Positions 1 through 62,130 of a DNA stretch of 64,000 nt are shown in pieces (the stretch's first letter is position 1; each line of letters opens with the position of its first letter). The position numbers were made by a program, and so were the translations under genes. This stretch comes from Eledone cirrhosa (Eukaryota). The notes under the pieces are model-generated. The model did not search any database and was not told the DNA's origin. It was given only the letters and a program-made list of their open reading frames with translations. Where the stretch lies: assembly GCA_964016885.1 (NCBI GenBank), contig OZ024742.1, positions 371,380,001 to 371,444,000 on the forward strand, read 5' to 3'.

Positions 1-3000
1 CTCTCATAGACACCCTACCTTCTCCACTACAAAGTTAACTGCTCTCCTAGACACCCTACCTTCTCCACAACAGTTAACTGCTCGCCTAGACACCCTGCCT
101 TCTCCACTACAAAGTTAACTGCTCTCCTAGAGACCCTACCTTCTCCACAGTAAAGTTAAATGCTCTCCTAGACACCCGACCTTCTCCACAGTAAAGTTAA
201 CTGCTCTCCTAGACACCCTACCTTCTCCACATTAAAGTTAACTGCTCTCCTAGACACCCTACCTTCTCCACAGTAAAGTTAACTGCTCTCCTAGACACCA
301 GACCTTCTCCACAACAAAGTTTACTGCTCTCCTAGACACCCTACCTTATCCACAACAAAGTTAACTGCTCTCCTAGACACCCGACCTTCTCCACAACAAA
401 GTTAACTGCTCTCCTAGACACCCTACCTTCTCTACAACAAAGTTAACTGCTCTCCTAGACACCCTACCTTCTCCACTACAAAGTTAACTGCTCTCTTAGA
501 CACTTGACCTTCTCCACTACAAAGTTAACTGCTCTCCTAGACACTTGACCTTCTCCACTACAAAGTTAACTGCTCTCCTAGACACTTGACCTTCTCCACT
601 ACAAAGTTAACTGCTCTCCTAGACACTTGACCTTCTCCACTACAAAGTTAACTGCTCTCCTAGACACCCTACCTTCTCCACAACAAAGTTAACTGCTCTC
701 CTAGACACCCTACCTTCTGCACAACAGTTAACTGCTCTCATAGACACCCTACCTTCTCCACTACAAAGTTAACTGCTCTCCTAGACACCCTACCTTCTCC
801 ACAACAGTTAACTGCTCTCCTAGACACCCTACCTTCTCCACAACAGTTAACTGCTCTCATAGACACCCTACCTTCTCCACAGCAAAGTTAACTGCTCTCC
901 TAGACACCCTACCTTCTCCACAGTAAAGTTAACTGCTCTCCTAGACACCCTACCTTCTCCACAACAAAGTTAACTGCTCTCCTAGACACCCTACCTTTTC
1001 CACAGTAAAGTTAACTGCTCTCCTAGACACCCTACCTTCTCCACTACAAAGTTAACTGCTCTCCTAGACACTTGACCTTCTCCACTACAAAGTTAACTGC
1101 TCTCCTAGACACTTGACCTTCTCCACTACAAAGTTAACTGCTCTCCTAGACACCAGACCTTCTCCACAACAAAGTTTACTGCTCTCCTAGACACCCTACT
1201 TTATCCACAACAAAGTTAACTGCTCTCCTAGACACTTGATCTTCTCCACTACAAAGTTAACTGCTCTCCTAGACACCCTACCTTCTCCACAACAGTTAAC
1301 TGCTCTCCTAGACACCCTACCTTCTCCACAACAAAGTTAACTGCTCTCCTAGACACCCTACCTTCTCCACAACAGTTAACTGCTCTCCTAGACACCCTAC
1401 CTTCTCCACAACAAAATTAACTGCTCTCCTAGACACCCTACCTTCTCCACAGTAAAGTTAACTGCTCTCCTAGACACCCTACCTTCTCCACAACAGTTAA
1501 CTGCTCTCCTAGACACCCTACCTTCTCCACAAAAAAGTTAACTGCCCTCCTAGACACCCTACCCTCTCCACAACAGTTAACTGCTCTCCTAGACACCCTA
1601 CCTTCTCCACAACAAAGTTAACTGCCCTCCTAGACACCCTACCTTCTCCACAAAAAAGTTAACTGCCCTCCTAGACACCCTACCCTCTCCACAACAGTTA
1701 ACTGCTCTCCTAGACACCCTACCTTCTCCACAGTAAAGTTAACTGCTCTCCTAGACACCCTACCTTCTCCACAGTAAAGTTAACTGCTCTCCTAGACACC
1801 CTACCTTCTCCACACTAAAGTTAAATGCTCTCCTAGACACCCGACCTTCTCCACAGTAAAGTTAACTGCTCTCCTAGACACCCCACCTTATCCACAACAA
1901 AGTTAACTGCTCTCCTAGACACTTGATCTTCTCCACTACAAAGTTAACTGCTCTCCTAGACACCCTACTTTCTCCACAACAGTTAACTGCTCTCCTAGAC
2001 ACCCTACCTTCTCCACAACAGTTAACTGCTCTCCTAGACACCCTACCTTCTCCACAACAGTTAACTGCTCGCCTAGACACCCTGCCTTCTCCACTACAAA
2101 GTTAACTGCTCTCCTAGACACCCTACCTTCTCCACAGTAAAGTTAAATGCTCTCCTAGACACCCGACCTTCTCCACAGTAAAGTTAACTGCTCTCCTAGA
2201 CACTTGACCTTCTCCACTACAAAGTTAACTGCTCTCCTAGACACTTGACCTTCTCCACTACAAAGTTAACTGCTCTCCTAGACACTTGACCTTCTCCACT
2301 ACAAAGTTAACTGCTCTCCTAGACACTTGACCTTCTCCACTACAACGTTAACTGCTCTCCTAGACACCAGACCTTCTCCACAACAAAGTTAACTGCTCTC
2401 CTAGACACCCTACCTTCTCCACAACAGTTAACTGCTCTCATAGACACCCTACCTTCTCCACTGCAAAGTTAACTGCTCTCCTAGACACCCTACCTTCTCC
2501 ACAACAGTTAACTGCTCTCCTAGACACCCTACCTTCTCCACAACAGTTAACTGCTCGCCTAGACACCCTGCCTTCTCCACTACAAAGTTAACTGCTCTCC
2601 TAGACACCCTACCTTCTCCACAGTAAAGTTAAATGCTCTCCTAGACACCCGATCTTCTCCACAGTAAAGTTAACTGCTCTCCTAGACACCCTACCTTCTC
2701 CACAGTAAAGTTAACTGCTCTCCTAGACACTTGACCTTCTCCACTACAAAGTTAACTGCTCTCCTAGACACTTGACCTTCTCCACTACAAAGTTAACTGC
2801 TCTCCTAGACACTTGACCTTCTCCACTACAAAGTTAACTGCTCTCCTAGACACCAGACCTTCTCCACAACAAAGTTAACTGCTCTCCTAGACACCCTACC
2901 TTCTCCACAACAGTTAACTGCTCTCATAGACACCCTACCTTCTCCACTGCAAAGTTAACTGCTCTCCTAGACACCCTACCTTCTCCACAACAGTTAACTG

Positions 3001-6000
3001 CTCTCCTAGACACCCTACCTTCTCCACAACAGTTAACTGCTCGCCTAGACATCCTGCCTTCTCCACTACAAAGTTAACTGCTCTCCTAGACACCCTACCT
3101 TCTCCACAGTAAAGTTAAATGCTCTCCTAGACACCCTACCTTCTCCACAACAGTTAACTGCTCTCATAGACACCCTACCTTCTCCACTGCAAAGTTAACT
3201 GCTCTCCTAGACACCCTACCTTCTCCACAACAGTTAACTGCTCTCCTAGACACCCTACCTTCTCCACAACAGTTAACTGCTCGCCTAGACACCCTGCCTT
3301 CTCCACTACAAAGTTAACTGCTCTCCTAGACACCCTACCTTCTCCACAGTAAAGTTAAATGCTCTCCTAGACACCCGACCTTCTCCACAGTAAAGTTAAC
3401 TGCTCTCCTAGACACCCTACCTTCTCCACAGTAAAGTTAACTGCTCTCCTAGACACTTGACCTTCTCCACTACAAAGTTAACTGCTCTCCTAGACACTTG
3501 ACCTTCTCCACTACAAAGTTAACTGCTCTCCTAGACACTTCACCTTCTCCACTACAAAGTTAACTGCTCTCCTAGACACTTGACCTTCTCCACTACAAAG
3601 TTAACTGCTCTCCTAGACACTTGACCTTCTCCACTACAAAGTTAACTGCTCTCCTAGACACCAGACCTTCTCCACAACAAAGTTAACTGCTCTCCTAGAC
3701 ACCCTACCTTCTCCACAACAGTTAACTGCTCTCATAGACACCCCACCTTCTCCACTGCAAAGTTAACTGCTCTCCTAGACACCCTACCTTCTCCACAACA
3801 GTTAACTGCTCTCCTAGACACCCTACCTTCTCCACAACAGTTAACTGCTCGCCTAGACACCCTGCCTTCTCCACTACAAAGTTAACTGCTCTCCTAGACA
3901 CCCTACCTTCTCCACAGTAAAGTTAAATGCTCTCCTAGACACCCGACCTTCTCCACAGTAAAGTTAACTGCTCTCCTAGACACCCTACCTTCTCCACATT
4001 AAAGTTAACTGCTCTCCTAGACACCCTACCTTCTCCACATTAAAGTTAACTGCTCTCCTAGACACCCTACCTTCTCCACAGTAAAGTTAACTGCTCTCCT
4101 AGACACCAGACCTTCTCCACAACAAAGTTTACTGCTCTCCTAGACACCCTACCTTATCCACAACAAAGTTAACTGCTCTCCTAGACACCCGACCTTCTCC
4201 ACAACAAAGTTAACTGCTCTCCTAGACACCCTACCTTCTCCACAACAAAGTTAACTGCTCTCCTAGACACCCTACCTTCTCCACTACAAAGTTAACTGCT
4301 CTCCTAGACACTTGACCTTCTCCACTACAAAGTTAACTGCTCTCCTAGACACTTGACCTTCTCCACTACAAAGTTAACTGCTCTCCTAGACACTTGACCT
4401 TCTCCACAACAAAGTTAACTGCTCTCCTAGACACCCTACCTTCTGCACAACAGTTAACTGCTCTCATAGACACCCTACCTTCTCCACTACAAAGTTAACT
4501 GCTCTCCTAGACACCCTACCTTCTCCACAACAGTTAACTGCTCTCCTAGACACCCTACCTTCTCCACAACAGTCAACTGCTCTCATAGACACCCTACCTT
4601 CTCCACTACAAAGTTAACTGCTCTCCTAGACACCCTACCTTCTCCACAGTAAAGTTAACTGCTCTCCTAGACACCCTACCTTTTCCACAGCAAAGTTAAC
4701 TGCTCTCCTAGACACCCTACCTTCTCCACAGTAAAGTTAACTGCTCTCCTAGACACCCTACCTTCTCCACAGTAAAGTTAACTGCTCTCCTAGACACCCT
4801 ACCTTCTCCACAACAGTTAACTGCTCTCCTAGACACCCTACCTTCTCCACAACAAAGTTAACTGCTCTCCTAGACACCCTACCTTTTCCACAGTAAAGTT
4901 AACTGCTCTCCTAGACACCCTACCTTCTCCACTACAAAGTTAACTGCTCTCCTAGACACTTGACCTTCTCCACTACAAAGTTAACTGCTCTCCTAGACAC
5001 TTGACCTTCTCCACTACAAAGTTAACTGCTCTCCTAGACACCAGACCTTCTCCACAACAAAGTTTACTGCTCTCCTAGACACCCTACCTTATCCACAACA
5101 AAGTTAACTGCTCTCCTAGACACTTGATCTTCTCCACTACAAAGTTAACTGCTCTCCTAGACACCCTACCTTCTCCACAACAGTTAACTGCTCTCCTAGA
5201 CACCCTACCTTCTCCACAACAAAGTTAACTGCTCTCCTAGACACCCTACCTTCTCCACAACAGTTAACTGCTCGCCTAGACACCCTGCCTTCTCCACTAC
5301 AAAGTTAACTGCTCTCCTAGACACCCTACCTTCTCCACAGTAAAGTTAAATGCTCTCCTAGACACCCGACCTTCTCCACAGTAAAGTTAACTGCTCTCCT
5401 AGACACCCTACCTTCTCCACAGTAAAGTTAACTGCTCTCCTAGACACTTGACCTTCTCCACTACAAAGTTAACTGCTCTCCTAGACACTTGACCTTCTCC
5501 ACTACAAAGTTAACTGCTCTCCTAGACACTTGACCTTCTCCACTACAAAGTTAACTGCTCTCCTAGACACTTGACCTTCTCCACTACAACGTTAACTGCT
5601 CTCCTAGACACCAGACCTTCTCCACAACAAAGTTAACTGCTCTCCTAGACACCCTACCTTCTCCACAACAGTTAACTGCTCTCATAGACACCCTACCTTC
5701 TCCACTGCAAAGTTAACTGCTCTCCTAGACACCCTACCTTCTCCACAACAGTTAACTGCTCTCCTAGACACCCTACCTTCTCCACAACAGTTAACTGCTC
5801 GCCTAGACACCCTGCCTTCTCCACTACAAAGTTAACTGCTCTCCTAGACACCCTACCTTCTCCACAGTAAAGTTAAATGCTCTCCTAGACACCCGATCTT
5901 CTCCACAGTAAAGTTAACTGCTCTCCTAGACACCCTACCTTCTCCACAGTAAAGTTAACTGCTCTCCTAGACACTTGACCTTCTCCACTACAAAGTTAAC

Positions 6001-9000
6001 TGCTCTCCTAGACACTTGACCTTCTCCACTACAAAGTTAACTGCTCTCCTAGACACTTGACCTTCTCCACTACAAAGTTAACTGCTCTCCTAGACACCAG
6101 ACCTTCTCCACAACAAAGTTAACTGCTCTCCTAGACACCCTACCTTCTCCACAACAGTTAACTGCTCTCATAGACACCCTACCTTCTCCACTGCAAAGTT
6201 AACTGCTCTCCTAGACACTTGACCTTCTCCACTACAAAGTTAACTGCTCTCCTAGACACTTGACCTTCTCCACTACAAAGTTAACTGCTCTCCTAGACAC
6301 TTGACCTTCTCCACTACAACGTTAACTGCTCTCCTAGACACCAGACCTTCTCCACAACAAAGTTAACTGCTCTCCTAGACACCCTACCTTCTCCACAACA
6401 GTTAACTGCTCTCATAGACACCCTACCTTCTCCACTGCAAAGTTAACTGCTCTCCTAGACACCCTACCTTCTCCACAACAGTTAACTGCTCTCCTAGACA
6501 CCCTACCTTCTCCACAACAGTTAACTGCTCGCCTAGACACCCTGCCTTCTCCACTACAAAGTTAACTGCTCTCCTAGACACCCTACCTTCTCCACAGTAA
6601 AGTTAAATGCTCTCCTAGACACCCGATCTTCTCCACAGTAAAGTTAACTGCTCTCCTAGACACCCTACCTTCTCCACAGTAAAGTTAACTGCTCTCCTAG
6701 ACACTTGACCTTCTCCACTACAAAGTTAACTGCTCTCCTAGACACTTGACCTTCTCCACTACAAAGTTAACTGCTCTCCTAGACACTTGACCTTCTCCAC
6801 TACAAAGTTAACTGCTCTCCTAGACACCAGACCTTCTCCACAACAAAGTTAACTGCTCTCCTAGACACCCTACCTTCTCCACAACAGTTAACTGCTCTCA
6901 TAGACACCCTACCTTCTCCACTGCAAAGTTAACTGCTCTCCTAGACACCCTACCTTCTCCACAACAGTTAACTGCTCTCCTAGACACCCTACCTTCTCCA
7001 CAACAGTTAACTGCTCGCCTAGACATCCTGCCTTCTCCACTACAAAGTTAACTGCTCTCCTAGACACCCTACCTTCTCCACAGTAAAGTTAAATGCTCTC
7101 CTAGACACCCTACCTTCTCCACAACAGTTAACTGCTCTCATAGACACCCTACCTTCTCCACTGCAAAGTTAACTGCTCTCCTAGACACCCTACTTTCTCC
7201 ACAACAGTTAACTGCTCTCCTAGACACCCTACCTTCTCCACAACAGTTAACTGCTCTCCTAGACACCCTACCTTCTCCACAACAGTTAACTGCTCGCCTA
7301 GACACCCTGCCTTCTCCACTACAAAGTTAACTGCTCTCCTAGACACCCTACCTTCTCCACAGTAAAGTTAAATGCTCTCCTAGACACCCGACCTTCTCCA
7401 CAGTAAAGTTAACTGCTCTCCTAGACACCCTACCTTCTCCACAGTAAAGTTAACTGCTCTCCTAGACACTTGACCTTCTCCACTACAAAGTTAACTGCTC
7501 TCCTAGACACTTGACCTTCTCCACTACAAAGTTAACTGCTCTCCTAGACACTTGACCTTCTCCACTACAAAGTTAACTGCTCTCCTAGACACTTGACCTT
7601 CTCCACTACAAAGTTAACTGCTCTCCTAGACACTTGACCTTCTCCACTACAAAGTTAACTGCTCTCCTAGACACCAGACCTTCTCCACAACAAAGTTAAC
7701 TGCTCTCCTAGACACCCTACCTTCTCCACAACAGTTAACTGCTCTCATAGACACCCCACCTTCTCCACTGCAAAGTTAACTGCTCTCCTAGACACCCTAC
7801 CTTCTCCACAACAGTTAACTGCTCTCCTAGACACCCTACCTTCTCCACAACAGTTAACTGCTCGCCTAGACACCCTGCCTTCTCCACTACAAAGTTAACT
7901 GCTCTCCTAGACACCCTACCTTCTCCACAGTAAAGTTAAATGCTCTCCTAGACACCCGACCTTCTCCACAGTAAAGTTAACTGCTCTCCTAGACACCCCA
8001 CCTTCTCCACATTAAAGTTAACTGCTCTCCTAGACACCCTACCTTCTCCACATTAAAGTTAACTGCTCTCCTAGACACCCTACCTTCTCCACATTAAAGT
8101 TAACTGCTCTCCTAGACACCCTACCTTCTCCACAGTAAAGTTAACTGCTCTCCTAGACACCAGACCTTCTCCACAACAAAGTTTACTGCTCTCCTAGACA
8201 CCCTACCTTATCCACAACAAAGTTAACTGCTCTCCTAGACACCCGACCTTCTCCACAACAAAGTTAACTGCTCTCCTAGACACCCTACCTTCTCCACAAC
8301 AAAGTTAACTGCTCTCCTAGACACCCTACCTTCTCCACTACAAAGTTAACTGCTCTCTTAGACACTTGACCTTCTCCACTACAAAGTTAACTGCTCTCCT
8401 AGACACTTGACCTTCTCCACTACAAAGTTAACTGCTCTCCTAGACACTTGACCTTCTCCACAACAAAGTTAACTGCTCTCCTAAACACCCTACCTTCTGC
8501 ACAACAGTTAACTGCTCTCATAGACACCCTACCTTCTCCACTACAAAGTTAACTGCTCTCCTAGACACCCTACCTTCTCCACAACAGTTAACTGCTCTCC
8601 TAGACACCCTACCTTCTCCACAACAGTCAACTGCTCTCATAGACACCCTACCTTCTCCACTACAAAGTTAACTGCTCTCCTAGACACCCTACCTTCTCCA
8701 CAGTAAAGTTAACTGCTCTCCTAGACACCCTACCTTTTCCACAGCAAAGTTAACTGCTCTCCTAGACACCCTACCTTCTCCACAGTAAAGTTAACTGCTC
8801 TCCTAGACACCCTACCTTCTCCACAGTAAAGTTAACTGCTCTCCTAGACACCCTACCTTCTCCACAACAGTTAACTGCTCTCCTAGACACCCTACCTTCT
8901 CCACAACAAAGTTAACTGCTCTCCTAGACACCCTACCTTTTCCACAGTAAAGTTAACTGCTCTCCTAGACACCCTACCTTCTCCACTACAAAGTTAACTG

Positions 9001-12000
9001 CTCTCCTAGACACTTGACCTTCTCCACTACAAAGTTAACTGCTCTCCTAGACACTTGACCTTCTCCACTACAAAGTTAACTGCTCTCCTAGACACTTGAC
9101 CTTCTCCACTACAAAGTTAACTGCTCTCCTAGACACCAGACCTTCTCCACAACAAAGTTTACTGCTCTCCTAGACACCCTACCTTATCCACAACAAAGTT
9201 AACTGCTCTCCTAGACACCCTACCTTCTCCACAACAGTTAACTGCTCTCCTAGACACCCTACCTTCTCCACAACAAAGTTAACTGCTCTCCTAGACACCC
9301 TACCTTCTCCACAACAGTTAACTGCTCTCCTAGACACCCTACCTTCTCCACAACAAAATTAACTGCTCTCCTAGACACCCTACCTTCTCCACAGTAAAGT
9401 TAACTGCTCTCCTAGACACCCTACCTTCTCCACAACAGTTAACTGCTCTCCTAGACACCCTACCTTCTCCACAAAAAAGTTAACTGCCCTCCTAGACACC
9501 CTACCCTCTCCACAACAGTTAACTGCTCTCCTAGACACCCTACCTTCTCCACAACAGTTAACTGCTCTCCTAGACACCCTACCTTCTCCACAACAAAATT
9601 AACTGCTCTCCTAGACACCCTACCTTCTCCACAGTAAAGTTAACTGCTCTCCTAGACACCCTACCTTCTCCACAACAGTTAACTGCCCTCCTAGACACCC
9701 TACCCTCTCCACAACAGTTAACTGCTCTCCTAGACACCCTACCTTCTCCACAGTAAAGTTAACTGCTCTCCTAGACACCCTACCTTCTCCACAGTAAAGT
9801 TAACTGCTCTCCTAGACACCCTACCTTCTCCACAGTAAAGTTAAATGCTCTCCTAGACACCCGACCTTCTCCACAGTAAAGTTAACTGCTCTCCTAGACA
9901 CCCTACCTTCTCCACAGTAAAGTTAACTGCTCTCCTAGGCACCCTACCTTCTCCACAGTAAAGTTAACTGCTCTGCTAAACACCCTACCTTCTCCACAAC
10001 AGTTAACTGCTCTCCTAGACACCCTATCTTTTCCACAGCAAAGTTAACTGCTCTCCTAGACACCCTACCTTCTCCACAGTAAAGTTAACTGCTCTCCTAG
10101 ACACCCTACCTTCTCCACAACAGTTAACTGCTCTCCTAGACACCCTACCTTCTGCACAGCAAAGTTAACTGCTCTCCTAGACACCCTACCTTCTCCACAA
10201 CAAAGTTAACTACTCTCCTAGACACCCTACCTTTTCCACAGTAAAGTTAACTGCTCTCCTAGACACCCTACCTTTTCCACAGTAAAGTTAACTGCTCTCC
10301 TAGACACCCTACCTTCTCCACTACAAAGTTAACTGCTCTCCTAGACACTTGACCTTCTCCACTACATAGTTAACTGCTCTCCTAGACACTTGACCTTCTC
10401 CACTACAAAGTTAACTGCTCTCTTAGACACCCTACCTTCTCCACAACAGTTAACTGCTCTCCTAGACACCCTACCTTCTCCACAACAAAGTTAACTGCTC
10501 TCCTAGACACCCTACCTTCTCCACAACAGTTAACTGCTCTCCTAGACACCCTACCTTCTCCACAACAGAGTTAACTGCTCTCCTAGACACCCTACCTTCT
10601 CCACATCAAAATTAACTGCTCTCCTAGACACCCTACCTTCTCCACAGTAAAGTTAACTGCTCTACTAGACACCTTACCTTCTCCACAACAGTTAACTGCT
10701 CTCCTAGACACCCTACCTTCTCCACAACAGTTAACTGCTCTCCTAGACACCCTACCTTCTCCACAACAGTTAACTGCTCTCCTAGACACCCTACCTTCTC
10801 CACAACAAAGTTAACTGCTCTCCTAGACACCCTACCTTCTTCACAACAAAGTTAACTGCTCTCCTAGACACCCGATCTTCTCCACTACAAAGTTAACTGC
10901 TCTCCTAGACACCAGACCTTCTCCACAACAAAGTTTACTGCTCTCCTAGACACCCTACCTTATCCACAACAAAGTTAACTGCTCTCCTAGACACCCGACC
11001 TTCTCCACTACAAAGTTAACTGCTCTCCTAGACACCCAACCTTCTCCACAACAAAGTTAACTGCTCTCCTAGACACCCAACCTTCTCCACAACAAAGTTA
11101 ACTGCTCTCCTAGACACCCTCCCTTCTCCACAACAGTTAACTGCTCTCCTAGACACCCTACCTTCTCCACAACAGTTAACTGCTCTCCTAGACACCCTAC
11201 CTTCTCCACAACAGTTAACTGCTCTCCTAGACACCCTACCTTCTCCACAACAAAGTTAACTGCTCTCCTAGACACCCTACCTTTTCCACAGTAAAGTTAA
11301 CTGCTCTCCTAGACACCCTACCTTCTCCACTACAAAGTTAACTGCTCTCCTAGACGCTTGACCTCTCCACTACAAAGTTAACTGCTCTCCTAGACACTTG
11401 ACCTTCTCCACTACAAAGTAAACTGCTCTCCTAGACACCCTACCTTCTCCACAACAAAGTTAACTGCTCTCGTAGACACCCTACCTTCTCCACAACAGTT
11501 AACTGCTCTCCTAGACACCGTACCTTCTCCACAATAAAGTTAACTGCTCTCCTAGACACCCTACCTTCTCCACAGTAAAGTTAACTGCTCTCCTAGACAC
11601 CCTACCTTCTCCACAACAAAGTTAACTGCTCTCCTAGACACCCTACCTTCTCCACAACAGTTAACTGCTCTCCTAGACACCCTACCTTCTCCACAGTAAA
11701 GTTAACTGCTCTCCTAGACACCCTACCTTCTCCACAACAAAGGTAACTGCTCTCCTAGACACCCTACCTTCTCCACAACAGTTAACTGCTCTCCTAGACA
11801 CCGTACCTTCTCCACAACAAAGTTAACTGCACTCCTAGACACCAGACCTTCTCCACAACAAAGTTAACTGCTCTCCTAGACACCCTACCTTCTCCACAGT
11901 AAAGTTAACTGCTCTCCTAGACACCCTACCTTCTCCACAACAAAGTTAACTGCTCTCCTAGACACCCTACCTTCTCCACAACAAAGTTAACTGCTCTCCT

Positions 12001-13530
12001 AGACACCCTACCTTCTCCACAACAGTTAACTGCTCTCCTAGACACCCTTCCTTCTCCACAGTAAAGTTAACTGCTCTCCTAGACACCAGACCTTCTCCAC
12101 AACAAAGGTAACTGCTCTCCTAGACACCCTACCTTCTCCACAGTAAAGTTAACTGCTCTCCTAGACACCCTACCTTCTCCACAACAGTTAACTGCTCTCC
12201 TAGACACCCTACCTTCTCCACAGTAAAGTTAACTGCTCTCCTAGACACCCGACCTTCTCCACAACAGTTAACTGCTCTCCTAGACACCCTACCTTCTCCA
12301 CAGTAAAGTTAACTGCTCTCCTAGACACCCTACCTTCTCCACAGTAAAGTTAACTGCTCTCCTAGACACCCTACCTTCTCCACAGTAAAGTTAACTGCTC
12401 TCCTAGACACCCTACCTTCTCCACAACAATGTTAACTGCTCTCCTAGACACCCTACCTTCTCCACAACAATGTTAACTGCTCTCCTAGACACCCTACCTT
12501 CTCCACAGTAAAGTTAACTGCTCTCCTAGACACCAGACCTTCTCCACAGTAAAGTTAACTGCTCTCCTAGACACCCTACCTTCTCCACAACAAAGTTAAC
12601 TGCTCTCCTAGACACCCTACCTTCTCCACAACAAAGTTAACTGCTCTCCTAGACACCAGACCTTCTCCACAACAAAGTTAACTGCTCTCCTAGACACCCT
12701 ACCTTCTTCACAGTAAAGTTAACTGCACTCCTAGACACCCTACCTTCTCCACAGTAAAGTTAACTGCTCTCCTAGACACCCTACCTTCTCCACAATAGTT
12801 AACTGCTCTCCTAGACACCCTACCCTCTCCACAACAAAGTTAACTGCTCTCCTAGACACCCTACCTTCTCCACAGTAAAGTTAACTGCTCTGCTAGACAC
12901 CCTACTTTCTCCACAACAAAGTTAACTGCTCTCCTAGACACCCTACCTTCTCCACAACAGTTAACTGCTCTCCTAGACACCGTACCTCCTCCACAACAAA
13001 GTTAACTGCACTCCTAGACACCAGACCTTCTCCACAACAAAGTTAACTGCTCTCCTAGACACCCTACCTTCTTCACAACAAAGTTAACTGCTCTCCTAGA
13101 CACCCTACCTTCTCCACAGTAAAGTTAACTGCTCTCCTTGACACCCTACCTTCTCCACAACAAAGTTAACTGCTCTCCTAGACACCCTACCTTCTCCACA
13201 ACAGTTAACTGCTCTCCTAGACACCCTACCTTCTCCACAGTAAAGATAACTGCTCTCCTAGACACCCTACCTTCTCCACAACAGTTAACTGCTCTCCTAG
13301 ACACCCTACCTTCTCCACAGTAAAGTTAACTGCTCTCCTAGACACCCTAACTTCTCCACAACAAAGGTAACTGCTCTCCTAGACACCCTACCTTCTCCAC
13401 AACAGTTAACTGCTCTCCTAGACACCCTACCTTCTCCACAACAGTTAACTGCTCTCCTAGACACCCTACCTTCTCCACAACAGTTAACTGCTCTCCTAGA
13501 CACCCTACCTTCTCCACAGTAAAGTTAACT
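1..13530. repeat. Intronic satellite array, 41/39-bp units (CTAGACACCCTACCTTCTCCACAGTAAAGTTAACTGCTCTC and variant ...CCACAACAGTTAAC...), about 330 units, runs off window start
   Basis: Direct tandem repetition; GTTAAC in nearly every unit; ends at ...GTAAAGTTAACT 13530. Confidence 0.97.
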
Positions 13531-13920
13531 CCTTTAAGGTTGATACAATCATTTTGTTGGACAAAATACCTTGTAGTTACAATTTTCTGTCATTATTTAT
13601 TTATTTTTTTAAAATGCAAATGCTGTTGAGGTTGGCTTGGCCTTTTGTATGTGTGCACACATACATGTGTGTTATATGTGCATGCATACGTGTGTGTTGT
13701 GTGCATGCATACAAGTGTGTGTTATGTGTGCATGCATATGTATGTGTGTGTTGTGTGCACGCATAAATATGTGTGTGTTGTATCTGTATGAATGTGTATG
13801 TGAACATGCATACTTATATGTATGGGTGCTTGCAAAAGTGTGCATGTGCATACATACGTATATATGTATATGTGTGTATCAACTAAGTTGTCTCTTAATG
13901 TTGTCTCTTCTCCTCATCAG

Positions 13921-60723
<46,803 letters not shown>

Positions 60724-61784
60724 TGATTTATGGTGCTTGAATACGGAAGAGGTGTTTGAGAATCTAAAGAACATTTTTCTCCAAACAATAGAGATTGTGT
60801 GTACCAATGTTGGCACTACTCCTGGCTGGCTTACAAACCGTGAACATAACCAGAAACTCCCAGGGAAACTATTGACTAATAGAACTATTCACTGGGGTCT
60901 TTATAATTATCAGTGAGTTTTATAGAAATACAGAGCTGTTCCATCTGTATTCAGTGGGTGGATGTGGATTATATTTTCGCATATCTTATGCCATAAAGCC
61001 ACATGTTGTGATTGTGCTATGATGGTACTTTTTACTGAATGTATCTACACATGCAAATATGCATACAGCATATGTTGTAGACACTTGCAGTATGTATGCA
61101 ACACATATTACATACACCTGCTAATATATATGTAATATATTGCAAACATTTGCAGTATACAGCCCATATTGCAGGCATAAGCAATGTGTGTGCAACACGT
61201 AATGCAGATATGTGCATTATTTATTAATATATTGTAGGCATTTGCAATATATTGCAGACACTGGCATATATATATATGTGCAACATATTACAACAGACAC
61301 CTGCAAATATGCATGTGACATATTGAAGACTTAGTGTAAATGTGTGCAGCAATTGTAGGCACTTGAGATGTGTATGCAACATATCAAAATAAAATAAAAA
61401 ATATCTGCAAATGTGTGCAACACATTGCAAACCTGCAAATATTTATGCAACTCATATTGCAGGCATGGTGCAGATGTGTATCAACATATTGCAGACACAT
61501 GTAATGTGTGCAACTCATTACAGACATGTGCAGATATGTATGCAAGGCATATTGCAGTGTGGGAGTGATGTGTTAGAGACCAAGAAAATCCTACTCTAAA
61601 AGCTTCTCATAAACATTCTGCGAGAGGTTGACGTGTTCTATCCATTGAAATCCATTATTTACTTTACACCAAGGAATAAAACAAACAACAAAAACCAGCT
61701 TAGACTCTGCTACAGTTATTTATATAATGAAACAAAACTTCTTTTGTTTAAGTCCTGTTTAATAATCCCGTGTATTATCTTGTG

Positions 61785-62130
61785 GGGGGACCACTTATCT
61801 CCCTTGTTTTTCTGTCCATGCATACATGTTTGACTGTCGGTATTTGGGAAGGGACCACTTATCTCCCTTATTTTTTTTTCTATACATGTTTGTCGGTATT
61901 TGGGGAGGGACCACTTGTTTTCCTGTCTATACATACGTGTTTGTCGGTATTGAGGGGGAATTCACTTATCTCCCTTGTTTTTCTGTCTATACATACATGC
62001 ATGTGTTTGTTGGTATTATTTTTATGGAGACCATTCACTTATCTCCATTGTTTCTCCGTCTATTCATGCATGTGTATACTATAATGTACTGTGTGTTATT
62101 TTGTGGAGGAACCACTCACTTATCTCCCCT
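61785..62130. repeat. Degenerate tandem repeat, about 55-70 bp x 5-6 (GGACCACTTATCTCCCTTGTTTTTCTGTC.ATACATG...)
   Basis: Imperfect direct repeats downstream of the mTOR stop. Confidence 0.7.

Noticed and set aside
1-13530. CRISPR-like regular array and small ORFs
   Set aside because: No unique spacers, no cas genes, eukaryotic intron context
1-13530. Common origin of satellite 1 with satellite 2/SINE (CACCC...TCCACAGTAAAGT) or satellite 3 (CTAGA, CCTTCTCC)
   Set aside because: Matches are too short and low in complexity to support homology by eye
61030-61560. Cys/His-rich ORFs downstream of mTOR
   Set aside because: Degenerate low-complexity TGCA/CATAT repeats with no recognisable domain
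61385-61680. mTOR poly(A) signal (AATAAA at about 61388 and 61675)
   Set aside because: Several candidates in AT-rich DNA; cannot choose without 3'-end data
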